64,000 nt of DNA from an uncultured Clostridia bacterium (lineage in GTDB: Bacteria > Bacillota > Clostridia > TANB77 > CAG-508). Below, piece after piece: positions 28,327 to 38,931 of this stretch (position 1 is its first letter; the number at the start of each line of letters is the position of its first letter). Under the pieces are notes generated by a model. The model was not told the origin of the DNA and did no database searches. It saw nothing but the letters and a program-made list of their open reading frames with translations. The stretch is taken from positions 96 to 64,095 of the forward strand of contig CANQCW010000002.1 of the NCBI GenBank assembly GCA_947591055.1, in the 5' to 3' direction. The translations under genes and the position numbers were made by a program.

Positions 28327-29046
28327 GTGAATAGTAAAATTAAAATGCAAGCAACGGAAAATGTCGAAAATAATAAAATGATACGTAAAAGAAAAAATGT
28401 AAAACTAATAAATAATAGCGTTAGTAGAAAAGTATATTTATTTATAAAAAATATTTTAGATATATTCGTTGGATTAATAGGGATGATTATATTAATACCA
28501 TTAACAGTTATTGTTTGGATTGTTTTTAAGATAACTAGAGATAAAGGACCAATATTTTACTCACACACCAGAATAGGTAAAGATGGAAAACCTTTTAAAT
28601 TACATAAATTTAGAACAATGTATATCAATGCAGATGAAGAATTAGAAAAAATATTGCAAAAAGATGAAAACTTAAGAAAAGAGTGGGATGAAAATCGCAA
28701 ATTGGCTGAAGACCCAAGAATTACTAAGTTTGGAAAAATATTAAGAAAAACTTCATTAGATGAGTTTCCAAATTTTATTGAAGTATTAACAGGAAAAATG
28801 AGTTTGATTGGACCTAGAGCAGTTGTACCAGAAGAATTAAAAATGTTTGGAAAATATAAAGATGAAATTCTAAAGGTAAAGCCAGGAATAACAGGATATT
28901 GGGCTGCTAATGGAAGAAGTAATATTTCATATAAAGAAAGAGTAAAAATGGAAACATATTATGCTAGAAATGTCTCTTTTATGCTTGATGTGAAAATATT
29001 CTTTAAAACTATAATTTCTATTATAAGTAAAAATGGAGCATTTTAG
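28327..29046 (+). CDS. polyprenyl-phosphate sugar-phosphate transferase (small bacterial sugar transferase, priming enzyme)
   Basis: GPIFYSHTRIGKDGKPFKLHKFRTM...DEFPNFIEVLTGKMSLIGPRA...PGITGYW. The start codon is uncertain (GTG 28327 or ATG 28345). Confidence 0.85.
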   Translation: MNSKIKMQATENVENNKMIRKRKNVKLINNSVSRKVYLFIKNILDIFVGLIGMIILIPLTVIVWIVFKITRDKGPIFYSHTRIGKDGKPFKLHKFRTMYINADEELEKILQKDENLRKEWDENRKLAEDPRITKFGKILRKTSLDEFPNFIEVLTGKMSLIGPRAVVPEELKMFGKYKDEILKVKPGITGYWAANGRSNISYKERVKMETYYARNVSFMLDVKIFFKTIISIISKNGAF

Positions 29047-29074
29047 AGTATAAATTTTAACAAAGGAGGACATT

Positions 29075-30385
29075 ATGCCAAACATAAAAGTAAATTTAAA
29101 ATATGTAGGCATTAAAGAAAACAAAATCTTAGAAAATTCAGATGTTATTGAAGAAATACACAATGAATTAGAAGAAAAAGCAAAACAACCAGAAGAATTT
29201 TTAGGGTGGTTACACTTACCTACAAACTATGACAAAAAGGAATTTCAAAGAATAAAAAAAGCAGCAGAAAAGATAAAAAAAGATTCCGATATTTTGTTAG
29301 TAATAGGAATTGGTGGATCATATTTAGGAGCAAGAGCTGTTATAGAATCTTTGCATAGCTCTATTTACCAAGAAAATAGTAAAGGTGCAAGGGTAATATT
29401 TGTAGGTAATAATTTAAGTCCAAATTATATTAATGATGTAATCGAGCTTTTAGAAGGAAAAGATTTTAGCATTAATGTAATTTCAAAATCAGGAACAACA
29501 ACTGAACCTGCTATTGCATTTAGAATATTTAGAGAAATAATAGAAAATAAATATGGAATAAAAGAAGCAAGAAAAAGAATATATGTTACAACAGATAAGA
29601 AAAAAGGTGCTTTAAAAACATTGGCAGATTCTGAAGGATATGAAACATTTGTAATTCCTGATGATGTAGGAGGAAGATTTTCAGTCCTTACAGCAGTAGG
29701 ACTTCTTCCAATTTCTGCAAGTGGACTAGATATAGAAAAACTAATGAAAGGAGCCTCTGTTGCAGAAGACAAATATGCAGATAAATCACTAAAATACAAT
29801 GAGTGCTACAAATATGCAGTAATAAGAAATTTACTTTATGAAAAAGATAAATCTTTAGAAATACTTGTAACATATGAGCCAAAAATGCATTATTTTATCG
29901 AGTGGTGGAAACAGCTATTTGGCGAAAGTGAAGGAAAAGACGAAAAAGGATTATTTCCAGTTGGAGCAGAATTTACAACTGATCTTCACTCATTAGGACA
30001 ATATATACAAGAAGGCAGAAGACTAATGTTTGAAACAGTTTTGAATATTGAAGAAAGTAAAACAGATATAAAAATAAATTTTGATGAAGATGATTTAGAT
30101 AATCTAAATTATTTGCAAGGAAAATCATTATCATATGTAAATCAAAAAGCTATGGAAGGAACAATTAATGCACATGTAGAAGGTGGAGTTCCTAATATCG
30201 TAATAAATCTAAAAAAATTAGATGAAGAAGCATTAGGAGAACTTATATATTTCTTCGAAAAAGCATGTGCTATGTCAGCGGAATTATTAGAAGTTAATCC
30301 GTTTAATCAACCTGGTGTTGAAAAATATAAAACAAATATGTTTAAGCTTTTAAAGAAGCCAGGATATGAAAACAAAAGAAATTAA
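29075..30385 (+). CDS. pgi: glucose-6-phosphate isomerase
   Basis: 436-aa Firmicute-type PGI: [42 protein letters not shown]. Confidence 0.92.
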   Translation: MPNIKVNLKYVGIKENKILENSDVIEEIHNELEEKAKQPEEFLGWLHLPTNYDKKEFQRIKKAAEKIKKDSDILLVIGIGGSYLGARAVIESLHSSIYQENSKGARVIFVGNNLSPNYINDVIELLEGKDFSINVISKSGTTTEPAIAFRIFREIIENKYGIKEARKRIYVTTDKKKGALKTLADSEGYETFVIPDDVGGRFSVLTAVGLLPISASGLDIEKLMKGASVAEDKYADKSLKYNECYKYAVIRNLLYEKDKSLEILVTYEPKMHYFIEWWKQLFGESEGKDEKGLFPVGAEFTTDLHSLGQYIQEGRRLMFETVLNIEESKTDIKINFDEDDLDNLNYLQGKSLSYVNQKAMEGTINAHVEGGVPNIVINLKKLDEEALGELIYFFEKACAMSAELLEVNPFNQPGVEKYKTNMFKLLKKPGYENKRN

Positions 30386-30407
30386 ATAAAAATAAAAGGA
30401 GAGACTA

Positions 30408-32699
30408 ATGTCAGCTATTGCATGCTTAACAAGTTTTATATTTCTAATCATAAGTATAGTTAGAGAAAAACACAATAAAGCAATAAGCTTTATGTCTCTT
30501 TTTTATGCACTTTGGACTTTTATATTATTTTTATCAATGCTAAATTTATATAATATAACGAAACCTTCAGATGAAGCGTATATACTAATAATGTTAATGC
30601 TTATTTTCTTCGGAATAGGATATTTAATTAGCAATAAAATTTTTAAAAGTAAAAATTTAGAGAAAAAAAATAAAAAAGAATATACGCCAAGATTTAAGCT
30701 CTTTTACCTTTTATGTGGCTGTATTATATTATTTAATATAATAGATATTATAATAATTATAATTCAGTTAACAAAGGGCATACCAATGTGGCAAATTAGA
30801 AATTGGTCATTAGAACCAGTTGGCTCTAGTAATCCAATTTTAGATAGAAGAAGTTTTGTTGAAAATATAATTAGAAATATTATCTTAAGTCCTTTTGCAA
30901 CTATTGTGCCACCAGTTACAGCATACTATTTTTTCTGTAGTAAAGATAAAAAAAATAAATATGCACTTCTTATTATTTCACTTATTATGCTTGTTACAAC
31001 GAGTATAGCCGGAGGTGGAGGAAGACTAGGGTTAATATACTATTTAATGAGTTTTTTACTTGTAGGTATAATAATGCACAGAAATAAAGAAAAACAAGAA
31101 AATACAGTGCATCAGAACAAAAAAATACTAATTATTATATTTGTATGTGCAATATTATTTATAGTACTAGCAACAGTTATAAGAACAGGATTTGGACATA
31201 TTATAAAACAAGTATATACATATTTTGCTTTGCCACCAACATTATTAAGTGTATGGCTTCCAAATATAAAAGAAGTTTCACATACATATGGTCTAACCTC
31301 ATTTTTTGGAGTACATAGCTATATATTTAGAATATTTGAAACAATTGGGGCAAAAGCATTAGTACCACCAATATATAATGAAGCATTTAAAAATATATTA
31401 AATGCAGAAATTTTTAAAAATGTAGGATATGGTATTGCTAACGCATTTGTTACACCAATATATTATTTTTATATTGATGGAGGATATCCTTTTGTTATAT
31501 TAGCATCATTTTTCTTTGGACTTATGATATCGTATTTTTTCAAGAAATTTGAAATTAATATAAATGTAAAAAACTTTGTATTTTATACATTAATCATGTA
31601 TGGTGTTTTATTAACTTTCTCTAGAATTCAAACATCAATACCAGCTTATATTATTTCTTTTGTCATAACAATTTTTATGTTTAAATCTAAGAAAAACGAA
31701 GATAAAAAAGAAGAAATAAAAAGAGATGAAGAAGACTTAATAAGTGTAATTGTACCAGTATATAATGTTGAAGAATATTTAAAAAAGTGTATAGATAGTA
31801 TAATAAGTCAAACATATACTAATTTGGAAATTATATTAGTAGATGATGGATCTAACGATAATTGCGGAAAAATATGTGATGAATATGCTGAAAATGATAA
31901 AAGAATACAAGTAATACATAAAGAAAATGGTGGACTTTCAGACGCAAGAAATGCTGGAATAGATATTGCAAAAGGTAAGTATTTAACATTTATCGATTCA
32001 GATGATTTTGTTGAAAATAACTATATAGAATTATTATATGATGAAGCAAAAAAATATGATGCAGATTTATCAATAGCATCACATAAAGTAATATATAGTA
32101 AAACATGTATGGATAAATCAACAAATGAAGAATTTTGTACTGATGCAAAAACAATATTAGAAAAAATATTATATGATGATGGAGTAGACTTATCAGCATG
32201 GGGAAAACTATATAAATCAAAATTATTTAAAGAAATTAGATATCCAAAAGATAGACTATATGAAGATTCTGCAACTACATATAAATTAATAGATTTAAGT
32301 AATAAAATAGCAGTAAATTCAAAACCAGTATATAACTATGTAATAAGAGAAAAATCTATTACCAATAATGTTTTTTCAGAAAAAAAGCTAGATTTGATTA
32401 CTTCTACAAAAGAAATGACAGATTTTATAAAAACAAAATATCCAGACTTAGAAAAAGCTTGTAACAGAAGATTAATGTATTCATATTTAAGTACATTATC
32501 ACAATTAGCAAAATCAAGTAGTGATAATATAGAAATTGAACAAAAACTTTTAGATTATATTAATGAAAATAAGAAGGAAGTTTTAAAAGACAAAAGAATA
32601 ACTAAAAGAGATAGATTAGGAATATATGCAACAACATTTGGGATGAAATCATATAAATTTTTTTGGAAATGTTATAGTAAATTAACAAAAAGAACTTAA
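30408..32699 (+). CDS. fusion protein: Wzy/EpsG-like polytopic polymerase domain + C-terminal GT2 glycosyltransferase
   Basis: Residues 1-~430 form ~11 TM helices. From ~445 there is a canonical GT2: ISVIVPVYNVEEYLKKCIDSIISQTYTNLEIILVDDGSNDNCG...IDSDDF. Confidence 0.65.
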   Translation: MSAIACLTSFIFLIISIVREKHNKAISFMSLFYALWTFILFLSMLNLYNITKPSDEAYILIMLMLIFFGIGYLISNKIFKSKNLEKKNKKEYTPRFKLFYLLCGCIILFNIIDIIIIIIQLTKGIPMWQIRNWSLEPVGSSNPILDRRSFVENIIRNIILSPFATIVPPVTAYYFFCSKDKKNKYALLIISLIMLVTTSIAGGGGRLGLIYYLMSFLLVGIIMHRNKEKQENTVHQNKKILIIIFVCAILFIVLATVIRTGFGHIIKQVYTYFALPPTLLSVWLPNIKEVSHTYGLTSFFGVHSYIFRIFETIGAKALVPPIYNEAFKNILNAEIFKNVGYGIANAFVTPIYYFYIDGGYPFVILASFFFGLMISYFFKKFEININVKNFVFYTLIMYGVLLTFSRIQTSIPAYIISFVITIFMFKSKKNEDKKEEIKRDEEDLISVIVPVYNVEEYLKKCIDSIISQTYTNLEIILVDDGSNDNCGKICDEYAENDKRIQVIHKENGGLSDARNAGIDIAKGKYLTFIDSDDFVENNYIELLYDEAKKYDADLSIASHKVIYSKTCMDKSTNEEFCTDAKTILEKILYDDGVDLSAWGKLYKSKLFKEIRYPKDRLYEDSATTYKLIDLSNKIAVNSKPVYNYVIREKSITNNVFSEKKLDLITSTKEMTDFIKTKYPDLEKACNRRLMYSYLSTLSQLAKSSSDNIEIEQKLLDYINENKKEVLKDKRITKRDRLGIYATTFGMKSYKFFWKCYSKLTKRT

Positions 32700-32720
32700 A
32701 AAATAAATGGGGAATAAATA

Positions 32721-33752
32721 ATGAAACGAGAAAAATTTATAGATATAGCTAAAGGAATAGCAACAATTTTAGTTATCATTGGACACTGTCAGTACTCTAA
32801 TAGTAAGATAGTAGCTTGGTTATACAGTTTTCATATGCCTTTATTCTTTATGATAAATGGATATTTCATAAAAAATAGTGTAGAACATTTATCACTAGAA
32901 GAATTTACTAAAAGAAAATCAAAACAAATATTAGTGCCATACTTGATATTTTCAATACCAATATATATTAGTTATATTGCAAAAAAGATAATCAAATATA
33001 ATTTCATAAGTACAGATGACGCAGTAAAAAAGTTTGTAGGAATATTTGTAGCAAGTAGAGGTACTAATTTTGATATTGAATTATGGTTTTTAGTTGTACT
33101 ATTCATTGCAGATATATTAACATTTATAATATTAAAAAATATATTTAATAATAAAAAAATAAAAGATAAAAATATAGTAATTGCAGTGCTATCTATTATA
33201 ATTTATTCAGTAGGATTAATTATAACAAATGTAGCAAAAGGATATAACTTTGTTTGGGACTTAGATATTGTTCCACTATGTACATCTTTTATTTTAATGG
33301 GCTATATTCTAAGTGCTATTAATAAGAAAAAGGAAATATTTTCTAATAAAATTTTATGTATAATAATGCTAATAATAAATCTTATATTTGCATACTTGAA
33401 TTATAAAATATGTGGTAAATCAGACATATATGGATCTAATTTAGGAAATGGATTATTTTATTTTGTAGCTGCCATTTCAGGATCAATATTTACATTACAG
33501 ATAAGTAAATTCATAGGAAAAAATAAAATTTTAGAAACAATAGGAAAACACTCATTAACTTATTATGCATTACAAGGGTGTTTAGCATTACCTATTTCCA
33601 AAATGATATGCTTAAAACTATTTAACATAGTAAATTTCAATAATGATTTCTTATTATGTATTTTAATAATTTTATTATCAATTATTATATTAGAAATATT
33701 TAGTAAAATATTAGAAAAGTTAATGCCTAAAATATTTAGTAAAGGGAACTAA
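32721..33752 (+). CDS. acyltransferase family 3 (polysaccharide O-acyltransferase)
   Basis: FIDIAKGIATILVIIGHC...SFHMPLFFMINGYF and ~10 TM helices. Confidence 0.75.
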   Translation: MKREKFIDIAKGIATILVIIGHCQYSNSKIVAWLYSFHMPLFFMINGYFIKNSVEHLSLEEFTKRKSKQILVPYLIFSIPIYISYIAKKIIKYNFISTDDAVKKFVGIFVASRGTNFDIELWFLVVLFIADILTFIILKNIFNNKKIKDKNIVIAVLSIIIYSVGLIITNVAKGYNFVWDLDIVPLCTSFILMGYILSAINKKKEIFSNKILCIIMLIINLIFAYLNYKICGKSDIYGSNLGNGLFYFVAAISGSIFTLQISKFIGKNKILETIGKHSLTYYALQGCLALPISKMICLKLFNIVNFNNDFLLCILIILLSIIILEIFSKILEKLMPKIFSKGN

Positions 33753-33756
33753 TGAA

Positions 33757-34689
33757 ATGAAAAATCCATATGTAAAAATAGCTAGACTAGATCACTGGAT
33801 AAAACAATTATTTATTTTTCCAGGTGTGATAATTGCAATATTTTTAACAAAAGAAAATATATATAATATAAATTTTTTATTTAAAATTATTTTTGGAATT
33901 TTAGGTACATGCTTTATAGCATCAGCTAACTATGTTATAAATGAATACCTAGATGCAGAATTTGATAAATATCATCCAATAAAAAAGAATAGACCTATGG
34001 TTACACAAAATATGAATAAGAAAATTATTTTTTTAGAATATTTTATTTTGATAGTTTTAGGTTTATTATTTGCATATTTTGTTTCAATACAATTTTTTAT
34101 AACTGATTGTATTTTACTTGTGATGGGAATTTTATATAATGTAAAACCTATGAGAACAAAAGATATTCCATTTTTAGATGTATTAACAGAATCAATAAAT
34201 AATGCGTTAAGATTACTATTAGGTTGGTTTATTGTTACAAACAAATATCTACCACCAATTAGCATATTGGGAGGATATTGGATGTTTGGAGCATTTCTAA
34301 TGGCAATGAAAAGGTATTCAGAGTATAAAATGATAAATGACCCTCAAAAAGCTTCATTATATAGAAAATCTTTTAAATATTATACAGAAGAATCTCTTTT
34401 AATATCATCAATATTTTATGCATTATTTTCAATTTTCCTTTGTGGAACTTTTCTTATAAAATATAAAATAGAATTATTGTTATGTATTCCATTTTTATGT
34501 TTTCTTTTCTGTTATTATATACATATAAGCTTTAAACAAGATTCTGCTGCTCAAAGACCAGAGAAGCTATACAAAGAAAAGAATTTAATGATATTTTTAA
34601 TTATGTTTATTATATTATTTTTCATATTATTATACATAGATATTCCACATTTAGATAAGTTATTAGACCAAACACTTATTGAATTATAG
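33757..34689 (+). CDS. UbiA-family prenyltransferase, decaprenyl-phosphate 5-phosphoribosyltransferase-like
   Basis: ARLDHWIKQLFIFPG and ASANYVINEYLDAEFDKYHPIKKNRP (NxxxDxxxDxxHPxKxxRP as in DPPR synthases). 310 aa, ~8 TM. Confidence 0.6.
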   Translation: MKNPYVKIARLDHWIKQLFIFPGVIIAIFLTKENIYNINFLFKIIFGILGTCFIASANYVINEYLDAEFDKYHPIKKNRPMVTQNMNKKIIFLEYFILIVLGLLFAYFVSIQFFITDCILLVMGILYNVKPMRTKDIPFLDVLTESINNALRLLLGWFIVTNKYLPPISILGGYWMFGAFLMAMKRYSEYKMINDPQKASLYRKSFKYYTEESLLISSIFYALFSIFLCGTFLIKYKIELLLCIPFLCFLFCYYIHISFKQDSAAQRPEKLYKEKNLMIFLIMFIILFFILLYIDIPHLDKLLDQTLIEL

Positions 34690-34707
34690 AAAATAGGAGA
34701 TATTAAG

Positions 34708-36243
34708 ATGCAAGAGATTACTAAAAAAAGAATATACAATATTGTAAGTTATACATTTTTATTTATAATGTTTGTTATCATGTGCCTAAATGCTTCAAAA
34801 CAATCATTTTGGATTGATGAATTAGATTGGTGTGTAGAATTTATTTCAAAATCTTCAATATTTGATATGATAAAAGATTTACTAAAAACAGTTTATAATT
34901 TGCCACTTTTTTATTTGGTAATGTTTCCTATATACAAAATAGTTCCATATGGAGAATTTTGGATTTTATTACCTAACATTATAATAACATTAATTTCAAC
35001 TATCATAATGAAAAAAATAGGTGAAAAAATAGGTGGTGAAGATTATGGCTTTGTAACAATGTGCTTAACAATTTCATCATATATTTTGATATATAACGGA
35101 GCATTTGAATTACGACCATACGCATTTTTATTTTTCTTTTCAGCATTAACTTTTTATAGATATATTTGCAAAATAAAAGATAATAATAAGAAAAATAATA
35201 TATTATTCGTAATATCAATGATTTTGCTGGCATATACGCATTGGTTTGGTTGTTTAAGTGTTGCATTTTATTTTATTATTGATACATATTTATGTATTAA
35301 AAAAAGAATACCAATTTCATATATATTACAATATTTTATTGTAGGTTTTACATTTTTACCTTGGTTTATATTTACACTTTTAATGCGAACATCTAATATA
35401 AGCAAATACTGGGCAGATATACCAAACTTGGAATCTGTAATTGAGATGATACAATTCTTATTAAGTGATAATAAGATATGCTTTTTACTATTTACAATTG
35501 GCTTAATATTTTTCTTATTATTAAAAATATTAAAAATTAAGAAAAAATATGATAATTATATAAAACTATGTATATGCGGAATTGTATTTGCTACAAGTGC
35601 CATATTCATATACAGTAGATTCATTAATAATCAAGGTTCATTATTTGTTTATAGATATTTTTTCTGCATATTACCATACATACTAATTATTACTGCATTA
35701 CCACTTTATGAACTTTTAAATTTGAAAATATCTTTTGAAAATAAACCAAAAGAGTTAAGCAATAGAGATATAAAAGTAAGTAAAATTTTAACAACAATAA
35801 TAGTAGTAATTTTATTTATAATAATTACTTGTCAAAATTATTATAGATTATATATAGAGTGTAAATTATACCTTGATCCTTATAGAGAAATTTCAGATGT
35901 TTTAATTAATTCTCCAGAAATATATGAAGAAAACTGTGCTGTAGTAACAAGTGATGGAAAAGGATATTTAACTTATTATTTTGAAAAGCGAGGAAAAAGA
36001 CTACCACTTAATGCATATTCGCAAGTTTTTGGATTCAAGCAATTCGTAAAAAATGGAGAGAGGGTAGAAATAAAAAATCTAGAAAAAGAAGAATTATTAA
36101 ATTATGACGTTTTATATTTGTGTAATGTTAGTACATGGTTTGATACGGATTTTTCAGATTTTATTAAAGAAAATTATAATATGAGAGAGTCTATAAAAAA
36201 ATTAGGAATATATATATTTGAAAAAGATGTTTATCACAACTAA
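34708..36243 (+). CDS. GT-C fold membrane glycosyltransferase (ArnT/PMT/GT39-83-like)
   Basis: ~12 TM helices, first-loop acidic motif SFWIDELDW, and a C-terminal soluble domain. Confidence 0.6.
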   Translation: MQEITKKRIYNIVSYTFLFIMFVIMCLNASKQSFWIDELDWCVEFISKSSIFDMIKDLLKTVYNLPLFYLVMFPIYKIVPYGEFWILLPNIIITLISTIIMKKIGEKIGGEDYGFVTMCLTISSYILIYNGAFELRPYAFLFFFSALTFYRYICKIKDNNKKNNILFVISMILLAYTHWFGCLSVAFYFIIDTYLCIKKRIPISYILQYFIVGFTFLPWFIFTLLMRTSNISKYWADIPNLESVIEMIQFLLSDNKICFLLFTIGLIFFLLLKILKIKKKYDNYIKLCICGIVFATSAIFIYSRFINNQGSLFVYRYFFCILPYILIITALPLYELLNLKISFENKPKELSNRDIKVSKILTTIIVVILFIIITCQNYYRLYIECKLYLDPYREISDVLINSPEIYEENCAVVTSDGKGYLTYYFEKRGKRLPLNAYSQVFGFKQFVKNGERVEIKNLEKEELLNYDVLYLCNVSTWFDTDFSDFIKENYNMRESIKKLGIYIFEKDVYHN

Positions 36244-36328
36244 CTGTAATTTACGAATAATTTTATTTATTTAACACTATTGATTTTTATGATAAGAAAT
36301 TATAAAATCTAACTGAAAGGAGTTATTT

Positions 36329-37045
36329 ATGATATACGCGGGAATATTAGCAGGGGGAATAGGAAAAAGGATGGGAAAAACAGAGCTCCCTAAACAATTT
36401 TTGACTATTACTGAAAAGCCTATTATTATAAATACATTAGAACAATTTGTAATAAATTCAAATGTTGATAAAGTAATTGTAGCAGTTCCTGAAAATTGGC
36501 TAAATTATACTATTGATTTAATAAAAGAATATAAATATAGTGATAAAATTGAAATCACTTGTGGTGGAAAAGATAGAAATGATACTATAATGCAGATATG
36601 CAAATATATTGAAGAAAAGTTTGGACTAAAAGATGATGATATTATAATAACTCATGATGCTGTAAGACCTTTTTTAACACAAAGAATTATTAATGATAAT
36701 ATTGAAGCTTGCAAGCAATATGGAGCAACAGATACTGTAATTCAGGCTACCGATACAATTGTAGAATCAGTAGACAAAGAATTAATTTCCAATATACCAA
36801 ATAGAGAATATATGTATCAAGGACAAACTCCACAATCATTTAAAATAAAAGAACTTATGAATATATATAATGAATTAACAGAAGATGAAAAAAATATTTT
36901 AACAGATGCTTGTAAGATATATGCAATAAAAAATAAAAATGTAAAATTAGTTAAAGGAGAAATATATAATATAAAAATTACTACTCAATATGATTTAAAA
37001 TTAGCAAAAATGATGGTTAAAATAAAAGGGGAAGAAGATGCTTAA
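36329..37045 (+). CDS. tarI: D-ribitol-5-phosphate cytidylyltransferase
   Basis: MIYAGILAGGIGKRMG..LPKQFL (IspD/TarI family); paired with tarJ by a 8-nt overlap. Confidence 0.8.
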   Translation: MIYAGILAGGIGKRMGKTELPKQFLTITEKPIIINTLEQFVINSNVDKVIVAVPENWLNYTIDLIKEYKYSDKIEITCGGKDRNDTIMQICKYIEEKFGLKDDDIIITHDAVRPFLTQRIINDNIEACKQYGATDTVIQATDTIVESVDKELISNIPNREYMYQGQTPQSFKIKELMNIYNELTEDEKNILTDACKIYAIKNKNVKLVKGEIYNIKITTQYDLKLAKMMVKIKGEEDA

Positions 37046-38057
37046 TCAAATTATAAAATTAATAGAACCCAAGAAATTTGAAATATGCTTTAAAGAAGAA
37101 AAAATCGATGACGATGAATATGTTATAATAAGACCTACATATATGTCTATTTGTGCAGCAGATCAAAGATATTATCAAGGATTACGCAATAGGGAAATAC
37201 TAGAAAAGAAATTACCATTATCATTGATACATGAGAGTGTTGGAAAAGTTCTTTATGATCCAAAAGGTGAATTTAAACAAAATCAAAATGTTGTTATGAT
37301 TCCAAATACACCTTCTTTTAATGATGAAGATATTAAAGAAAATTATAGATTAGATTCGTTATTTAGATCTAGCAATATAGATGGTTTTATGCAAAATATA
37401 ATTTTTATAAGAAGAGATAGAATAATACCAATTGAAAATATTAAGGAAAATGTTTCTGTTTTGCTTGAGTTAATGAGCGTAGCAGTAAATGCAGTTGAAA
37501 ATTTAAAAAAAGTTAATATTACAAGTTGTAATAGAATAGGAATTTGGGGACCTGGAAGCGTTGGCTATGCAGTTTATATAATTTTAAAACAATATTTTCC
37601 TAATTCAAAAATAGCAGTAATAGGAACAACAAGAGAAGTTTTAAATTATTATCCTTTAGCAGATGAAAAATATTTGATTACTGAATTAAAAAATGATTTT
37701 ATGATAGATCATGCTTTTGAATGTGTTGGAGGAGAAAAATCAGAAAAAGCAATAGATCAAATAATTAAGCATATTAAGCCACAAGGTACAATTTCATTAT
37801 TAGGAGTATCAGAAGACCCTATTCGCATAAATACAAGAAAGATTTTAGAAAAAGGTCTTACTGTACTAGGTAATAGCAGAAGCAGTTATGCTGATTTTAA
37901 AAAGGCTATTGAAATTTTAAAAAATGATGATATTCAGGAAAATATGGAAAAAATGATATCTGAAATAGTAGAAATTAATGATGTAAATGATATTTATACC
38001 GCTTTTGATAAAGATATTAATAATCAATTTAAAACAGTTATGAAATGGAATTTGTAA
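37038..38057 (+). CDS. tarJ: ribulose-5-phosphate reductase
   Basis: MDR-type dehydrogenase with RPTYMSICAADQRYYQG (TarJ signature ICxADQRY); follows tarI. Confidence 0.8.
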   Translation: MLNQIIKLIEPKKFEICFKEEKIDDDEYVIIRPTYMSICAADQRYYQGLRNREILEKKLPLSLIHESVGKVLYDPKGEFKQNQNVVMIPNTPSFNDEDIKENYRLDSLFRSSNIDGFMQNIIFIRRDRIIPIENIKENVSVLLELMSVAVNAVENLKKVNITSCNRIGIWGPGSVGYAVYIILKQYFPNSKIAVIGTTREVLNYYPLADEKYLITELKNDFMIDHAFECVGGEKSEKAIDQIIKHIKPQGTISLLGVSEDPIRINTRKILEKGLTVLGNSRSSYADFKKAIEILKNDDIQENMEKMISEIVEINDVNDIYTAFDKDINNQFKTVMKWNL

Positions 38058-38061
38058 AATT

Positions 38062-38928
38062 ATGGAGAATAAAATAGACAAAAAACAACAAGAAAAATTA
38101 GATTTGATACATAAAGGAATATTGGAAACAGTAAAAGAATTTATAAAAATATGTAAAAAAAATAACTTCATGTATTTTATGACAGGTGGAACATTAATTG
38201 GGGCAGTTAGACATCAAGGATTTATTCCCTGGGATGATGATATGGATATATTTATGCCAAGAGAAGATTATGAAAAGCTATTAAAATTAAATGAAAAAGA
38301 TTTTCCAGAAGATATTTTTTTGACTCACTACAGTAAAAGTGAAGGAAATAGCACTGACACAAGAATTAAAATAAGAAATAAAAATTACAAAATATATGAA
38401 AACAATGGTGGCAAAACAATTGAATCTAATTTGTTTGTAGATATATTTCCATTAGATGGTTTTCCAACTAACAAAATAAAAACACTTATACATAAAATAA
38501 AATTAAAATATAGAAATGCTATTTTAAGATTTGCAAAATTGCAATTACATAATGAAGAAAAAGATGTTAAAGCTAACAGAAATAAATTAGAAAAAATTAT
38601 ATTTAATATGGATAAAAAATTAAAATTATCTAAACTTATTGACTATAAAAAGCAAATGTACAAATTAGATAATCTACTAAAAAAGTATCCATATACAACA
38701 TCAAAAAAAGTCTTTTTTGCAACAGGACCTTATGGAATGTTTACAGAAATATATCCAAAAAGTTTATTTGAAGAAAGTAAAATGTATAAATTTGAAGATA
38801 TAGAACTTAGAGGAGTAGTTGATTATGATAGACATTTAAGACAAGTTTATGGAGATTATATGGAACTTCCTCCTGTAGAAAAAAGAACATGTAATCATAT
38901 ATTTGATATTAAAAATATAAAGGAGTAA
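38062..38928 (+). CDS. LicD-family phosphotransferase (likely ribitol-phosphate transferase)
   Basis: FMTGGTLIGAVRHQGFIPWDDDMDIFMPRED (LicD DxD region); context with tarIJ. Confidence 0.8.
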   Translation: MENKIDKKQQEKLDLIHKGILETVKEFIKICKKNNFMYFMTGGTLIGAVRHQGFIPWDDDMDIFMPREDYEKLLKLNEKDFPEDIFLTHYSKSEGNSTDTRIKIRNKNYKIYENNGGKTIESNLFVDIFPLDGFPTNKIKTLIHKIKLKYRNAILRFAKLQLHNEEKDVKANRNKLEKIIFNMDKKLKLSKLIDYKKQMYKLDNLLKKYPYTTSKKVFFATGPYGMFTEIYPKSLFEESKMYKFEDIELRGVVDYDRHLRQVYGDYMELPPVEKRTCNHIFDIKNIKE

Positions 38929-38931
38929 TAA

